From Clostridia bacterium (GTDB lineage: Bacteria > Bacillota > Clostridia > Christensenellales > Borkfalkiaceae): a stretch of DNA of 41,940 nt. Under the pieces are notes generated by a model that ran no database searches, had not been told where the DNA came from, and saw only the letters and a list, made by a program, of their open reading frames with translations. Position 1 is the first letter of the stretch; every line of letters starts with the position of its first letter. The DNA lies in the NCBI GenBank assembly GCA_017959995.1, contig JAGCZN010000189.1:1-41940 (forward strand), in the 5' to 3' direction. Below are positions 1 through 7,727 of the stretch, piece by piece. Made by a program: the position numbers and the translations under genes.

Positions 1-119
1 AACGTAGCCGCCAGCCCGTTCGGGTATGGAAACACCGTTCTTACGCCTTTGACCGCGCCGTTTATTATTCTTTCGCCGAGGCGAAATTCTGAAATGATCT
101 TTCCGTATGAATCGTCCAT
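1..119 (-). CDS. 5' end of an unidentified CDS that runs off the window (partial)
   Basis: ATG at 119 on the minus strand; frame stays open to position 1 (MDDSYGKIISEFRLGERIINGAVKGVRTVFPYPNGLAAT...). Lies downstream of pfp after a terminator. No recognisable motif and only a weak RBS. Confidence 0.25.
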   Translation of the reverse strand, partial: MDDSYGKIISEFRLGERIINGAVKGVRTVFPYPNGLAAT

Positions 120-210
120 GATCTTCTTCTGAAAGGTAACCGCTACGCGTTTTTTTGAGCGGTTTTTACGCGTTTTGAGCCGTTTATACTTTTACACAAC
201 TTGTGTTTTT

Positions 211-252
211 AAGTAAAAGCGCCGCGGTTTTACCTTATAAAAACCGCGGCGC
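211..252 (-). terminator. Rho-independent terminator after pfp
   Basis: Perfect 13-bp inverted repeat gcgccgcggtttt (219-231) / aaaaccgcggcgc (240-252). On the minus strand it is followed by a T-run (cttttactt). Sits 28 nt past the pfp stop. Confidence 0.65.
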
Positions 253-279
253 ACGCAGGAAAAGCCGTTATAAAAAAGT

Positions 280-1521
280 TTATTTGGCTACGAGAACTTT
301 TTTAAGTTTTGCGAATTTGGGAAGCCCGTCTACGAGGGGCGCTTTTGCGTCGCCCTGAATGAGAGGCAAAGCGTAATTTACGAAATCTTCGGTAAGGCCG
401 GTACCGTCGGCGGTGATCCATTCTTTCGGAACCTGCTTTTCGGTGTTGGCGGCGAGTTCGAGCGGCAGAAGTTTATATTCTATTTCGTACTTATCGCCGT
501 CCTTACGGGCGTAGCATACCATCTTGTCGGTCTCGCCGGACACGGCGGCTTTCACGGCTTCGCGGCCGGCGCGGAAAGTTTCTTCGATATCCGTTTTGGA
601 AGCGAGGTGTGCGGCGCATCTCTGCATGAGGCTGAACTCTATACCGCGCACTTTAAGCCCCGTTTTTTCCTTTATTACCGAAGCGAGAACGTTGCACACG
701 CCGCCGAGCTGGGCGTGGCCGAACAGGTCGGTTTTAGAAGCTTTGAATTCGCCCACGTACTTTCCGTCGGCAAATTTTATGCCTTCGGATACTACGGCGA
801 TGCACTTGTTGTTGTTCTTTGCGCAAACGTTTTGCACGTCTGCCACGAACTTATCCATATCGAAAGGAACCTCGGGCAAGTAGATGAGGTCGGCGCCGAG
901 TCCCTTATACCCGGCGAGAGCCGCCGAAGCGGTAAGCCAGCCTGCGTTTCTGCCCATAACCTCTATTATACATACCATGCCGGTATCGTAAACTTTCGCA
1001 TCGAGATTGACTTCCATAACGGTTGTGGCTACGTATTTTGCGGCGCTGCCGTAACCGGGGCAGTGATCGGTACCGTAAAGGTCGTTATCAATGGTTTTCG
1101 GAACGCCTATAACGTTGCATTCCCAACCGGAAGTAGCCATATATTTGGATATCTTGTTGCAGGTATCCATACTGTCGTTGCCGCCGTTATAGAAGAAATA
1201 ACGTATGTTGTATTTTTTGAAAACTTCAAGCAGTTTTTTATAGTCGGTATCGTCAACGGAAGCGTCCTTCAGCTTGTAGCGTACCGAACCGAGAGCCGAC
1301 GACGGAGTGTATTTCAGAAGTTCTATCTCTTCCTTATCCTCTTTGCCGATATCGTAAAAATTCTCGGTGAGAATGCCTTTGATGCCGTGGGCGGCGCCGT
1401 AAACGGCGGTTATGTTTTTCTGCGAAAGCGCCTCGGTAAATACTCCTGCGGCACTTGCGTTGATAACGGACGTAGGCCCGCCCGACTGCGCGAATATACA
1501 CGCGCCTTTCAAATTCTTCAT
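280..1521 (-). CDS. pfp: Long-type phosphofructokinase, predicted pyrophosphate-dependent (PPi-PFK)
   Basis: 413 aa. PFK family motifs QSGGPTSVINAS, GGNDS and VPKTIDNDL. Has Asp at the E. coli Gly104 equivalent and Lys at the Gly124 equivalent, the known PPi-specificity determinants. ATG at 1521 with AGGAGA RBS 10 nt upstream. Confidence 0.8.
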   Translation of the reverse strand: MKNLKGACIFAQSGGPTSVINASAAGVFTEALSQKNITAVYGAAHGIKGILTENFYDIGKEDKEEIELLKYTPSSALGSVRYKLKDASVDDTDYKKLLEVFKKYNIRYFFYNGGNDSMDTCNKISKYMATSGWECNVIGVPKTIDNDLYGTDHCPGYGSAAKYVATTVMEVNLDAKVYDTGMVCIIEVMGRNAGWLTASAALAGYKGLGADLIYLPEVPFDMDKFVADVQNVCAKNNNKCIAVVSEGIKFADGKYVGEFKASKTDLFGHAQLGGVCNVLASVIKEKTGLKVRGIEFSLMQRCAAHLASKTDIEETFRAGREAVKAAVSGETDKMVCYARKDGDKYEIEYKLLPLELAANTEKQVPKEWITADGTGLTEDFVNYALPLIQGDAKAPLVDGLPKFAKLKKVLVAK

Positions 1522-1579
1522 AAATTTATATCTCCTGTGATAAATTATTTTATTGTATTATCGAATGTTGCTTACGCAA

Positions 1580-1736
1580 TGCGATATGTCTACGACGCGA
1601 TATGTTCGCTTAACGCGAACGTTGTGGAATGTACGTCATTATTTTATATAATAACCCGAATCCTCAACATTTCCGCAGGAAATATATCGCACGCGAGGAA
1701 CGAGGTATATCGCACGAGCAAAGCGAGTATATCGCA
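1580..1736. repeat. Five copies of a 9-nt motif (TATATCGCA / TGCGATATR) in two opposed groups flanking an AT-rich core, upstream of pfp
   Basis: TATATCGCA at 1683-1691, 1706-1714 and 1728-1736 (spacing 23 and 22 bp). Inverted copies tGCGATATg at 1580-1588 and cGCGATATg at 1596-1604. Confidence 0.5.
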
Positions 1737-1758
1737 TTTGCCGCAAGGCAAATATCTT

Positions 1759-2721
1759 TCACAGCGACAGAATATGCGCTATGGAATACAATTCCTCGTT
1801 GAACCGTTTGGGCATTGAAAGCGCCGTTTCTATCGGATCGGCGGTTATTTCGTTACGGCGTATGCCTATAAGTGACGATTCAGCCTCCGAACATAGCGTA
1901 TCCACCGCTTTTACCGCCATACGCGCGGCGAGAACGCGATCGAACATAGTGGGCGAGCCGCCACGCTGAATGTGCCCGAGCGTGGTGGTTTTAACGCTTA
2001 CGCCCGTTTTTTCTTTGATTTGGGCCACTATTTCTTCCTTATCGCCCGCGCCCTCGGCAAGAATTATCATATTTGAAGTTTTTCCGCGTTTCTGGCTGGA
2101 CTTAATATCGCGGCAGATCGCGTCGAGATCGAAAGGCACTTCGGGAATAATAACGTATTCGGCGCCACCGGCTATTCCGGCGTAAAGGGCAATGTCGCCG
2201 CAGCCGCGCCCCATCACTTCTAACATACTTACGCGGTCGTGCGAGCCCATAGTGTCGCGCAGGTTGTTTATAGCGCTTACGGCGGTGTTCACCGCGGTAT
2301 CGAAACCGAGCGTGTAATCCGTATAATTCAGGTCGTTATCGATGGTGCCAGGTATGCCCGCCACCTTTACGTCAAACTCGCTTGAAAAGTCCTTCGCGCC
2401 GCGGAAGGATCCGTCTCCCCCGATTACCACAAGGCCGGTTATTCCGTAGGCGGAAAGCGTTTCGTAAGCCGATCTGCGCCCTTCTTCCGTTCTGAATTCG
2501 GGGCACCGCGAAGTTTTGAGAATCGTGCCGCCGCGATTGATTATATCCGAAACGGAACGCGAATTGTAACGGCTGATGTTTCCGTTTATAAGGCCCGAAT
2601 AGCCCTTTTCAACGCCGTACACGTCAAGCCCCTTGTAAAGGGCGTAACGCACCACCGCGCGAAGGGCGGCGTTCATGCCGGGCGCGTCTCCCCCGCTTGT
2701 AAGAACAGCGATCTTCTTCAT
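1759..2721 (-). CDS. pfkA: ATP-dependent 6-phosphofructokinase
   Basis: 320 aa. MKKIAVLTSGGDAPGMNAA, GGDGSF, IPGTIDNDL (Gly/Gly at the ATP-type determinant positions), MGR and GHIQRGG motifs. ATG at 2721 with AAGGAG RBS. Confidence 0.92.
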   Translation of the reverse strand: MKKIAVLTSGGDAPGMNAALRAVVRYALYKGLDVYGVEKGYSGLINGNISRYNSRSVSDIINRGGTILKTSRCPEFRTEEGRRSAYETLSAYGITGLVVIGGDGSFRGAKDFSSEFDVKVAGIPGTIDNDLNYTDYTLGFDTAVNTAVSAINNLRDTMGSHDRVSMLEVMGRGCGDIALYAGIAGGAEYVIIPEVPFDLDAICRDIKSSQKRGKTSNMIILAEGAGDKEEIVAQIKEKTGVSVKTTTLGHIQRGGSPTMFDRVLAARMAVKAVDTLCSEAESSLIGIRRNEITADPIETALSMPKRFNEELYSIAHILSL

Positions 2722-2816
2722 TCGACTTACTCCTTAAAACTTCTTAAAGCCGCGCCCGCCTTATTTTAACGGGCGCGCCCGACGCGGAAACGGCAAAACC
2801 GAAATCCACCTAATAC

Positions 2817-2845
2817 ATTATAACAGACTTATCGTCAAATTCCAA
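2817..2845 (-). promoter_or_regulatory. Candidate sigma-A promoter for pfkA (TTGGAA-17-TGtTATAAT)
   Basis: Minus strand: -35 TTGGAA (2845-2840), 17-bp spacer, extended -10 TGnTATAAT (TATAAT at 2822-2817). Confidence 0.4.
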
Positions 2846-2956
2846 ACGCTTTACGGAAATTTTTGCGAATTTTATGAATCGGAAATCCCGCCGCGGCAAA
2901 TACCGCGTCCGTTTTTTACGCGCCCCGCGCGCCGCCGAAAGCGCCGTTCGGACCGT

Positions 2957-2988
2957 GAAAAAGCCGCGCAAGACCGTTACCTTACGCG
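2957..2988 (-). terminator. Possible terminator of the opp-like operon
   Basis: Minus-strand stem cgcguaa/uugcgcg (one G-U pair), 10-nt loop, then gcuuuuuc. Confidence 0.3.
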
Positions 2989-3072
2989 ACTTTACCGTGA
3001 TTTTACTAAAATTTTCAGTAACGCTTAAAGCGTTTTAAGCGCATTTTGCAGGCGGCTGAATTGCGCCGCGGG

Positions 3073-3384
3073 CTACTTCCATACGAGCGTTAAAAAGAAT
3101 ATCAGCGCGGCGAATACCGCCACGAACGCTAAAACGAAAGGCAGCGCGTAAAGAAGCACGCCGCGGATTATCCTGCGCGTTTCCCTTCTGTACGCCTTTT
3201 TTCCCTCGGGGGAAAGCGACGCGTAATCCGACCGCTCCTCTTCGCCGCTTTCGTCGTTTTCACCGTAATTTTCGCCGGTTTTGATTTTGCGGCGGTCGTA
3301 CCAGGGCATTCCGTCAACGTTCATGGGCGCGATAACGCGTCCGTCGTCTATGAATTTTTCCTTTTTTCTTTTATCCTTTTTCAT
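3073..3384 (-). CDS. Small tail-anchored membrane protein (103 aa), translationally coupled to oppF
   Basis: Start overlaps the oppF 3' end by 14 nt. Charged N-terminal ~70 aa (MKKDKRKKEKF..., ENDESGEEERSDY) followed by one C-terminal hydrophobic helix (GVLLYALPFVLAFVAVFAALIFFLTLVW). No family recognised. Confidence 0.55.
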   Translation of the reverse strand: MKKDKRKKEKFIDDGRVIAPMNVDGMPWYDRRKIKTGENYGENDESGEEERSDYASLSPEGKKAYRRETRRIIRGVLLYALPFVLAFVAVFAALIFFLTLVWK

Positions 3385-4402
3385 CCGTATATAAATGGCA
3401 TTTCACGTAATGGTCGCCGCCGAGCTGTACGGTGGGCGGCGCAACGGTTTTGCAAATTTCCTTACATTCGCTGCAACGCGTGTGAAATTTACAACCCTGC
3501 GGCGGATTTGCCGGCGAAGGTATGGCGCCTTCGAGAATTATTCTGTTCATGCGGTACTCCGGATCGGGCACGGGAATCGCGCTGAAAAGCGCTTTAGTGT
3601 AAGGGTGGCGGGGATCGGAGAACAACTTATCGGTGGGCGCATATTCCACGAGATCGCCCAGGTACATCACGCCTACGGTATCGGAAATATGTTCCACCAC
3701 CGAAAGATCGTGCGAAATGAACAGATAAGTGAGCCCGTATTCGCTTTGCAGATCTTTGAAAAGGTTTATTATCTGCGCCTGAATGGATACGTCCAGCGCG
3801 GAAACGGGTTCGTCGCACACGATAAATTCGGGATTTAGCGCAAGCGCCCTTGCTATACAGATGCGTTGCCGCTGTCCGCCGGAAAACTCGTGCGGGTAGC
3901 GTTCTTTATAGTATTCGGGAAGTCCGCAGTCTTCCATTATTTTGGTGATATAATCTCCGTAGCGTTCTTTGGGAACGATCCCGTGCGTTCTCACCGCCTC
4001 GCCTATTATTTCCTCTACGGGAAGGCGCGGAGAAAGGCTTGAATAGGGATCCTGAAAAACTATCTGCGCTTTCGGGCGGAATTTTCTCAGTTCGGTTCTG
4101 TTCATGGCGAATATGTCCCTTCCGCCGAACAGCACCTGCCCCGCCGTTTTGTTATACAGGCGGAGAATAGTTCTGCCCGTAGTGGTTTTCCCGCAGCCGC
4201 TCTCCCCCACAAGCCCCATGGTGGTGCCGCGTTTTATGCTGAACGAAATGCCGTCAACCGCTTTTACGTAGCCTACCGTTCTTTTGAAAAATCCCGATTT
4301 TATAGGGAAATATTGTTTCAGATCCCTCACTTCCAGAAGATTTGCTTCATCGTGCGCGGCGGGGATCACGCCGTTTTTTTCAATAGTGTTTTCAATTTCC
4401 AT
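3371..4402 (-). CDS. oppF: Oligopeptide/dipeptide ABC transporter ATP-binding protein (OppF-type)
   Basis: 343 aa. Walker A GESGCGKTT, signature FSGGQRQR, Walker B IVCDEPVSALD, and the C-terminal Opp-type Cys cluster (CKFHTRCSECKEIC). Overlaps the oppD stop by 11 nt. Confidence 0.88.
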   Translation of the reverse strand: MEIENTIEKNGVIPAAHDEANLLEVRDLKQYFPIKSGFFKRTVGYVKAVDGISFSIKRGTTMGLVGESGCGKTTTGRTILRLYNKTAGQVLFGGRDIFAMNRTELRKFRPKAQIVFQDPYSSLSPRLPVEEIIGEAVRTHGIVPKERYGDYITKIMEDCGLPEYYKERYPHEFSGGQRQRICIARALALNPEFIVCDEPVSALDVSIQAQIINLFKDLQSEYGLTYLFISHDLSVVEHISDTVGVMYLGDLVEYAPTDKLFSDPRHPYTKALFSAIPVPDPEYRMNRIILEGAIPSPANPPQGCKFHTRCSECKEICKTVAPPTVQLGGDHYVKCHLYTDEKG

Positions 4403-5567
4403 TTCGCTCTTCCCCCGTGCAGTTGTAGCAGCTTACGTAATGATCTTTGCCTACGCGTATAAAGGCGGGATATTCTCCGTTGCATTTTTCGCTTCTCATA
4501 TCGCACCTGTCTCTGAAATAGCAGTAATCGGGCATATTTATGGGATTCGGAACGCTTCCGGGGATATTGTACAACCTGTCGATATTCTGCCCCACCACCG
4601 GTTTGGACTTCATAAGCCCTATCGTGTACGGATGGCGCGGGTTTTTGAAAATATCGTAAACGGAGCCCTTTTCTATCACCCTGCCCGAATACATTACCAC
4701 AACGTAATCCGCCATTTCGGCAATTACGCCCAGGTCGTGCGTGATTAGCATTATACTGCTGTTCGTTTTTTCCTTTATGTTTTTAAGCAAACCTAAAATC
4801 TGCGCCTGAATGGTAACGTCAAGCGCGGTGGTGGGTTCGTCGGCAATGATCAGGCGCGGATTGCACGCAAGCGCGATAGCTATCATAACGCGCTGGCGCA
4901 TTCCGCCGGAAAGCTCGTGCGGATACATTTTATATACGCCTTCGCCGTTGGCTATTCCCACCATTTCGAGAAGTTCTATGGTGCGCGCCCTGTTCTGTTC
5001 TTTCGTGTTACCCTTTACGTGAAGTTCCAGAACTTCCTTTATCTGGTCGCCTATTCTGAAAATGGGGTTAAGGCTGGTCATCGGTTCCTGAAAGATCATG
5101 CTCATTTTGTTGCCGCGTATCTCCTGCATTACGTAAGCGGGTGTTTTGGCCACGTTATACGCCTTATCGCCGGCGTTGAACCTTATTTCTCCCTTTACCG
5201 TCTGCCCGAGCGGGCGTTGAACAAGCTGCATAAGAGATAAACTGGTAACCGATTTTCCGCAGCCGCTCTCGCCTACTATTCCCACCGTTTTGCCGAAGGG
5301 TACGTCGAACGAAACGCCGTCTACCGCCTTTACCGTTCCCACGCTGGTGAAAAAATAGGTGTGAACGTCGTCAAACTCCACGATATTCCCGGGATCGCGC
5401 ATCACGGTAAGGTATTCGCTTTCGGGCACGTTTTTTCTCTTCCGCTCCTTTTCCATAGCGGAAGTGATTTTTCTGTTTTCCCTCGATATTCTCGAAGATT
5501 CCCTGTAAGATATATAATTCGTTTTAGAAGTTTCGCGCTTCTTTTTAAGTTTATCGAATAACTTCAC
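4392..5567 (-). CDS. oppD: Oligopeptide/dipeptide ABC transporter ATP-binding protein (OppD-type) with a ~60-aa basic N-terminal extension
   Basis: 391 aa. Walker A GESGCGKS, signature LSGGMRQR, Walker B IIADEPTTALD. GTG start at 5567 supported by a GGAGGTG RBS (5573-5579) 5 nt upstream. Confidence 0.85.
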   Translation of the reverse strand: MKLFDKLKKKRETSKTNYISYRESSRISRENRKITSAMEKERKRKNVPESEYLTVMRDPGNIVEFDDVHTYFFTSVGTVKAVDGVSFDVPFGKTVGIVGESGCGKSVTSLSLMQLVQRPLGQTVKGEIRFNAGDKAYNVAKTPAYVMQEIRGNKMSMIFQEPMTSLNPIFRIGDQIKEVLELHVKGNTKEQNRARTIELLEMVGIANGEGVYKMYPHELSGGMRQRVMIAIALACNPRLIIADEPTTALDVTIQAQILGLLKNIKEKTNSSIMLITHDLGVIAEMADYVVVMYSGRVIEKGSVYDIFKNPRHPYTIGLMKSKPVVGQNIDRLYNIPGSVPNPINMPDYCYFRDRCDMRSEKCNGEYPAFIRVGKDHYVSCYNCTGEERNGN

Positions 5568-5582
5568 GGCACACCTCCACGG

Positions 5583-7718
5583 CTATCTGTTCATTTTCGG
5601 ATCGAAAGCGTCGCGCAGACCGTCGCCCACGAAGTTGAACGCTATTACCGCAAGACATATCAGACTGCCCACCGGTATCCAGATGTAAGTGTATTTGGTC
5701 ATTTCGGAAAGCGAACTGACCGAGTTTATGATCTGCCCCCAGGTTGCCATGGGGAATTTTACGCCGAGACCGAGGAACGACAGCGTGGATTCCGTTATTA
5801 TAACGCCGCCGAGCCCCATTGTGGCCTGAACGATAAGTTGCGGTATTACGTTGGGAATGAGATGCCTGAATATTTTCCGCCTGCTGGTAAGGCCCGAAGC
5901 TTCCGCCGCGATCATGAAATCCTGCTCTCTCAGCGACAGTATCTGCCCCCTTACGAGCCTTGCTATTCCCGGCCAGCCGAGGAAGCCGAGCACCGCCATC
6001 ATCCATATTACCCTCTCTACGTTGGGAAGGCGCATCTGGTCGAACACCGCGCCGAGAATAATAAGTATGGGCATGGTGGGGATACAATAGAACACGTCTA
6101 CAATCCTCATTATGATATTATCCACCGCCTTGCCGAAATAGCCGGATATACCGCCCATTATGGTGCCGAGAATTATCTCTATGAACACCACTATGAAGCC
6201 TATCAGAAGCGACACCCTGCCGCCGTACATTATACGGGCGAGAACGTCCATCGCGTTGCCGTCAAGCCCGAGCACGTGCTCCGACGAAGGCGCCGCGAAA
6301 ATATCGGCAACCTGCTTTTCCTGCATATTTCTGAAAACGAACTGCTGCCCCATTCCCTTGTTTTCGGATTTTACGGAAAACTCCTCATCGTCGAAAACTA
6401 TTTCTCCGTCTTCGTCGAGAACGTAGTTACCGTCCTCGTCAAGGGCTTCCATCTTTATGGTTCTTTTCGCCGAAACAAGGCCTTCTTCCTTCATTTCCAT
6501 CATAATCGCGCTCATTGCCTTTTTGGTGGCTACGGATATGGTGTCCTGCCCGCTGTAACGGCGCACCGAATAAACCGTGGGTTCGGCGTAAGGCACCGTT
6601 TTGCCGCCTTTTTCGCAGGTTATCACCGTATTTTCGCCTTCCGAATAAATTCCGTACGCGTGCGAGTCGGAAACAAAATCCGCGTTCCCAAGGCCTATGG
6701 CGATAAGCGCGTTGAAGCGGAAATTATCGGTTAATACGTCGTTCAGATCGTACCTGTCGAAAACGTAACTGGTGGCGACGGTATCCACGTATGATTTTTC
6801 GGTGCTGACGGTTACCAGCCCCGAAGAAACCGCCTTTTTATAATCGGCGCCGCCGTGTGAAAAATCGCCTTCCGCGGCGGATACGGCGGCTTCGAAAAGT
6901 TCGTCGGTAACGTCGTCGGTACGCAGTACCGTAACGGGCTCGCCGTAGGCGCAAACGATTTTTCCGTCGCTTAAAGTATAAACGTTGCCGTTAAGGGTTA
7001 CGGATACGGCTAAAACGTCGCCCCCGGCGTCTTCAAAGGCCTGAGTGAGAGCGTTCTTCAATTCTTCGGAAACGCCGCTGCCCACTATAAACCGGCTTCC
7101 GCGCGCCGTGTACGAGCCTACCGCCTCTTCCGTTTTATAAGATAATATATCGTCAAAATCCTCGAAATTCACGGTATATATATTATCGTTCAATTTTCTT
7201 ATAACGTAACGTTTATCCGAAGAGGGATCGGTTACCCCGAACTCCGTAAGACCGTAGGGCTGCATATCGTTTTTTATGTAACTGTTGGTCATAGTGCGTA
7301 TAACGGCGCCCGTTTTGCTGTTTTCGGAATATACGTTATTGTAATCTTCGTTTATCTTCGCAAAGGAATAATCGAACTCTATTTCGCGTATCGTCATAAA
7401 AACGTCGGCTTCTCTGTACGGGTAAATAGCCGAGCCGAGAAAACAGAACGCAAACAGCACGGCAAGTATGATTATGCCCGTTACCGCAAGTTTGTTTCTG
7501 AAAAAACGCTTGAAAACGAGGGCGGTGGGCGAAAGGTATTTTACCCTGCGCGCGTCGTCCAGCTTTTGTTCTTCTCCGTCCGCGGGCGTTATTTCCGCTT
7601 CCGCGGGCGTTGTTCCCGCGGCGCAAACGGAAGATTCTTCGTTTATTATTTCCTCTTCCTGAATTTCCGCGCCGTTTTCCGAAAGTTCCTGTATGCTTTT
7701 TATTCTCTTATCTTCCAT
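5583..7718 (-). CDS. oppC: OppC-type ABC permease with a ~380-aa extracytoplasmic insertion
   Basis: 711 aa. Acidic N-terminus, TM1 at about aa 77-99, long soluble segment at aa 100-478. The canonical OppC core follows (HVLGLDGNAMDVLARIMYGGRVSL..., EAA-like loop SLREQDFMIAAEASG, C-terminal GDGLRDAFDPK). ATG at 7718 with AGGAGG RBS. Confidence 0.82.
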   Translation of the reverse strand: MEDKRIKSIQELSENGAEIQEEEIINEESSVCAAGTTPAEAEITPADGEEQKLDDARRVKYLSPTALVFKRFFRNKLAVTGIIILAVLFAFCFLGSAIYPYREADVFMTIREIEFDYSFAKINEDYNNVYSENSKTGAVIRTMTNSYIKNDMQPYGLTEFGVTDPSSDKRYVIRKLNDNIYTVNFEDFDDILSYKTEEAVGSYTARGSRFIVGSGVSEELKNALTQAFEDAGGDVLAVSVTLNGNVYTLSDGKIVCAYGEPVTVLRTDDVTDELFEAAVSAAEGDFSHGGADYKKAVSSGLVTVSTEKSYVDTVATSYVFDRYDLNDVLTDNFRFNALIAIGLGNADFVSDSHAYGIYSEGENTVITCEKGGKTVPYAEPTVYSVRRYSGQDTISVATKKAMSAIMMEMKEEGLVSAKRTIKMEALDEDGNYVLDEDGEIVFDDEEFSVKSENKGMGQQFVFRNMQEKQVADIFAAPSSEHVLGLDGNAMDVLARIMYGGRVSLLIGFIVVFIEIILGTIMGGISGYFGKAVDNIIMRIVDVFYCIPTMPILIILGAVFDQMRLPNVERVIWMMAVLGFLGWPGIARLVRGQILSLREQDFMIAAEASGLTSRRKIFRHLIPNVIPQLIVQATMGLGGVIITESTLSFLGLGVKFPMATWGQIINSVSSLSEMTKYTYIWIPVGSLICLAVIAFNFVGDGLRDAFDPKMNR

Positions 7719-7727
7719 AACAGCCTC

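Noticed and set aside
1580-1736. Whether the TATATCGCA repeats could be a CRISPR array or a mobile-element terminus.
   Set aside because: The units are only about 9-17 nt and the spacing is 22-23 bp. The copies are in mixed orientation, and there are no cas genes or transposases. The pattern fits protein operators better.
607-1818. Long antisense ORFs in the six-frame track, for example 607-1818(+), 5838-6734(+), 8924-9991(+), 10193-11116(+), 15046-15783(+), 22092-23033(+), 35042-36556(+), 5551-6087(-) and 27141-27614(-).
   Set aside because: Each lies opposite, or in another frame of, a gene with unmistakable family motifs. Their translations are R/G/F/V-rich low-complexity strings without motifs or RBSs. 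This is typical of shadow ORFs in moderately GC-rich coding DNA.
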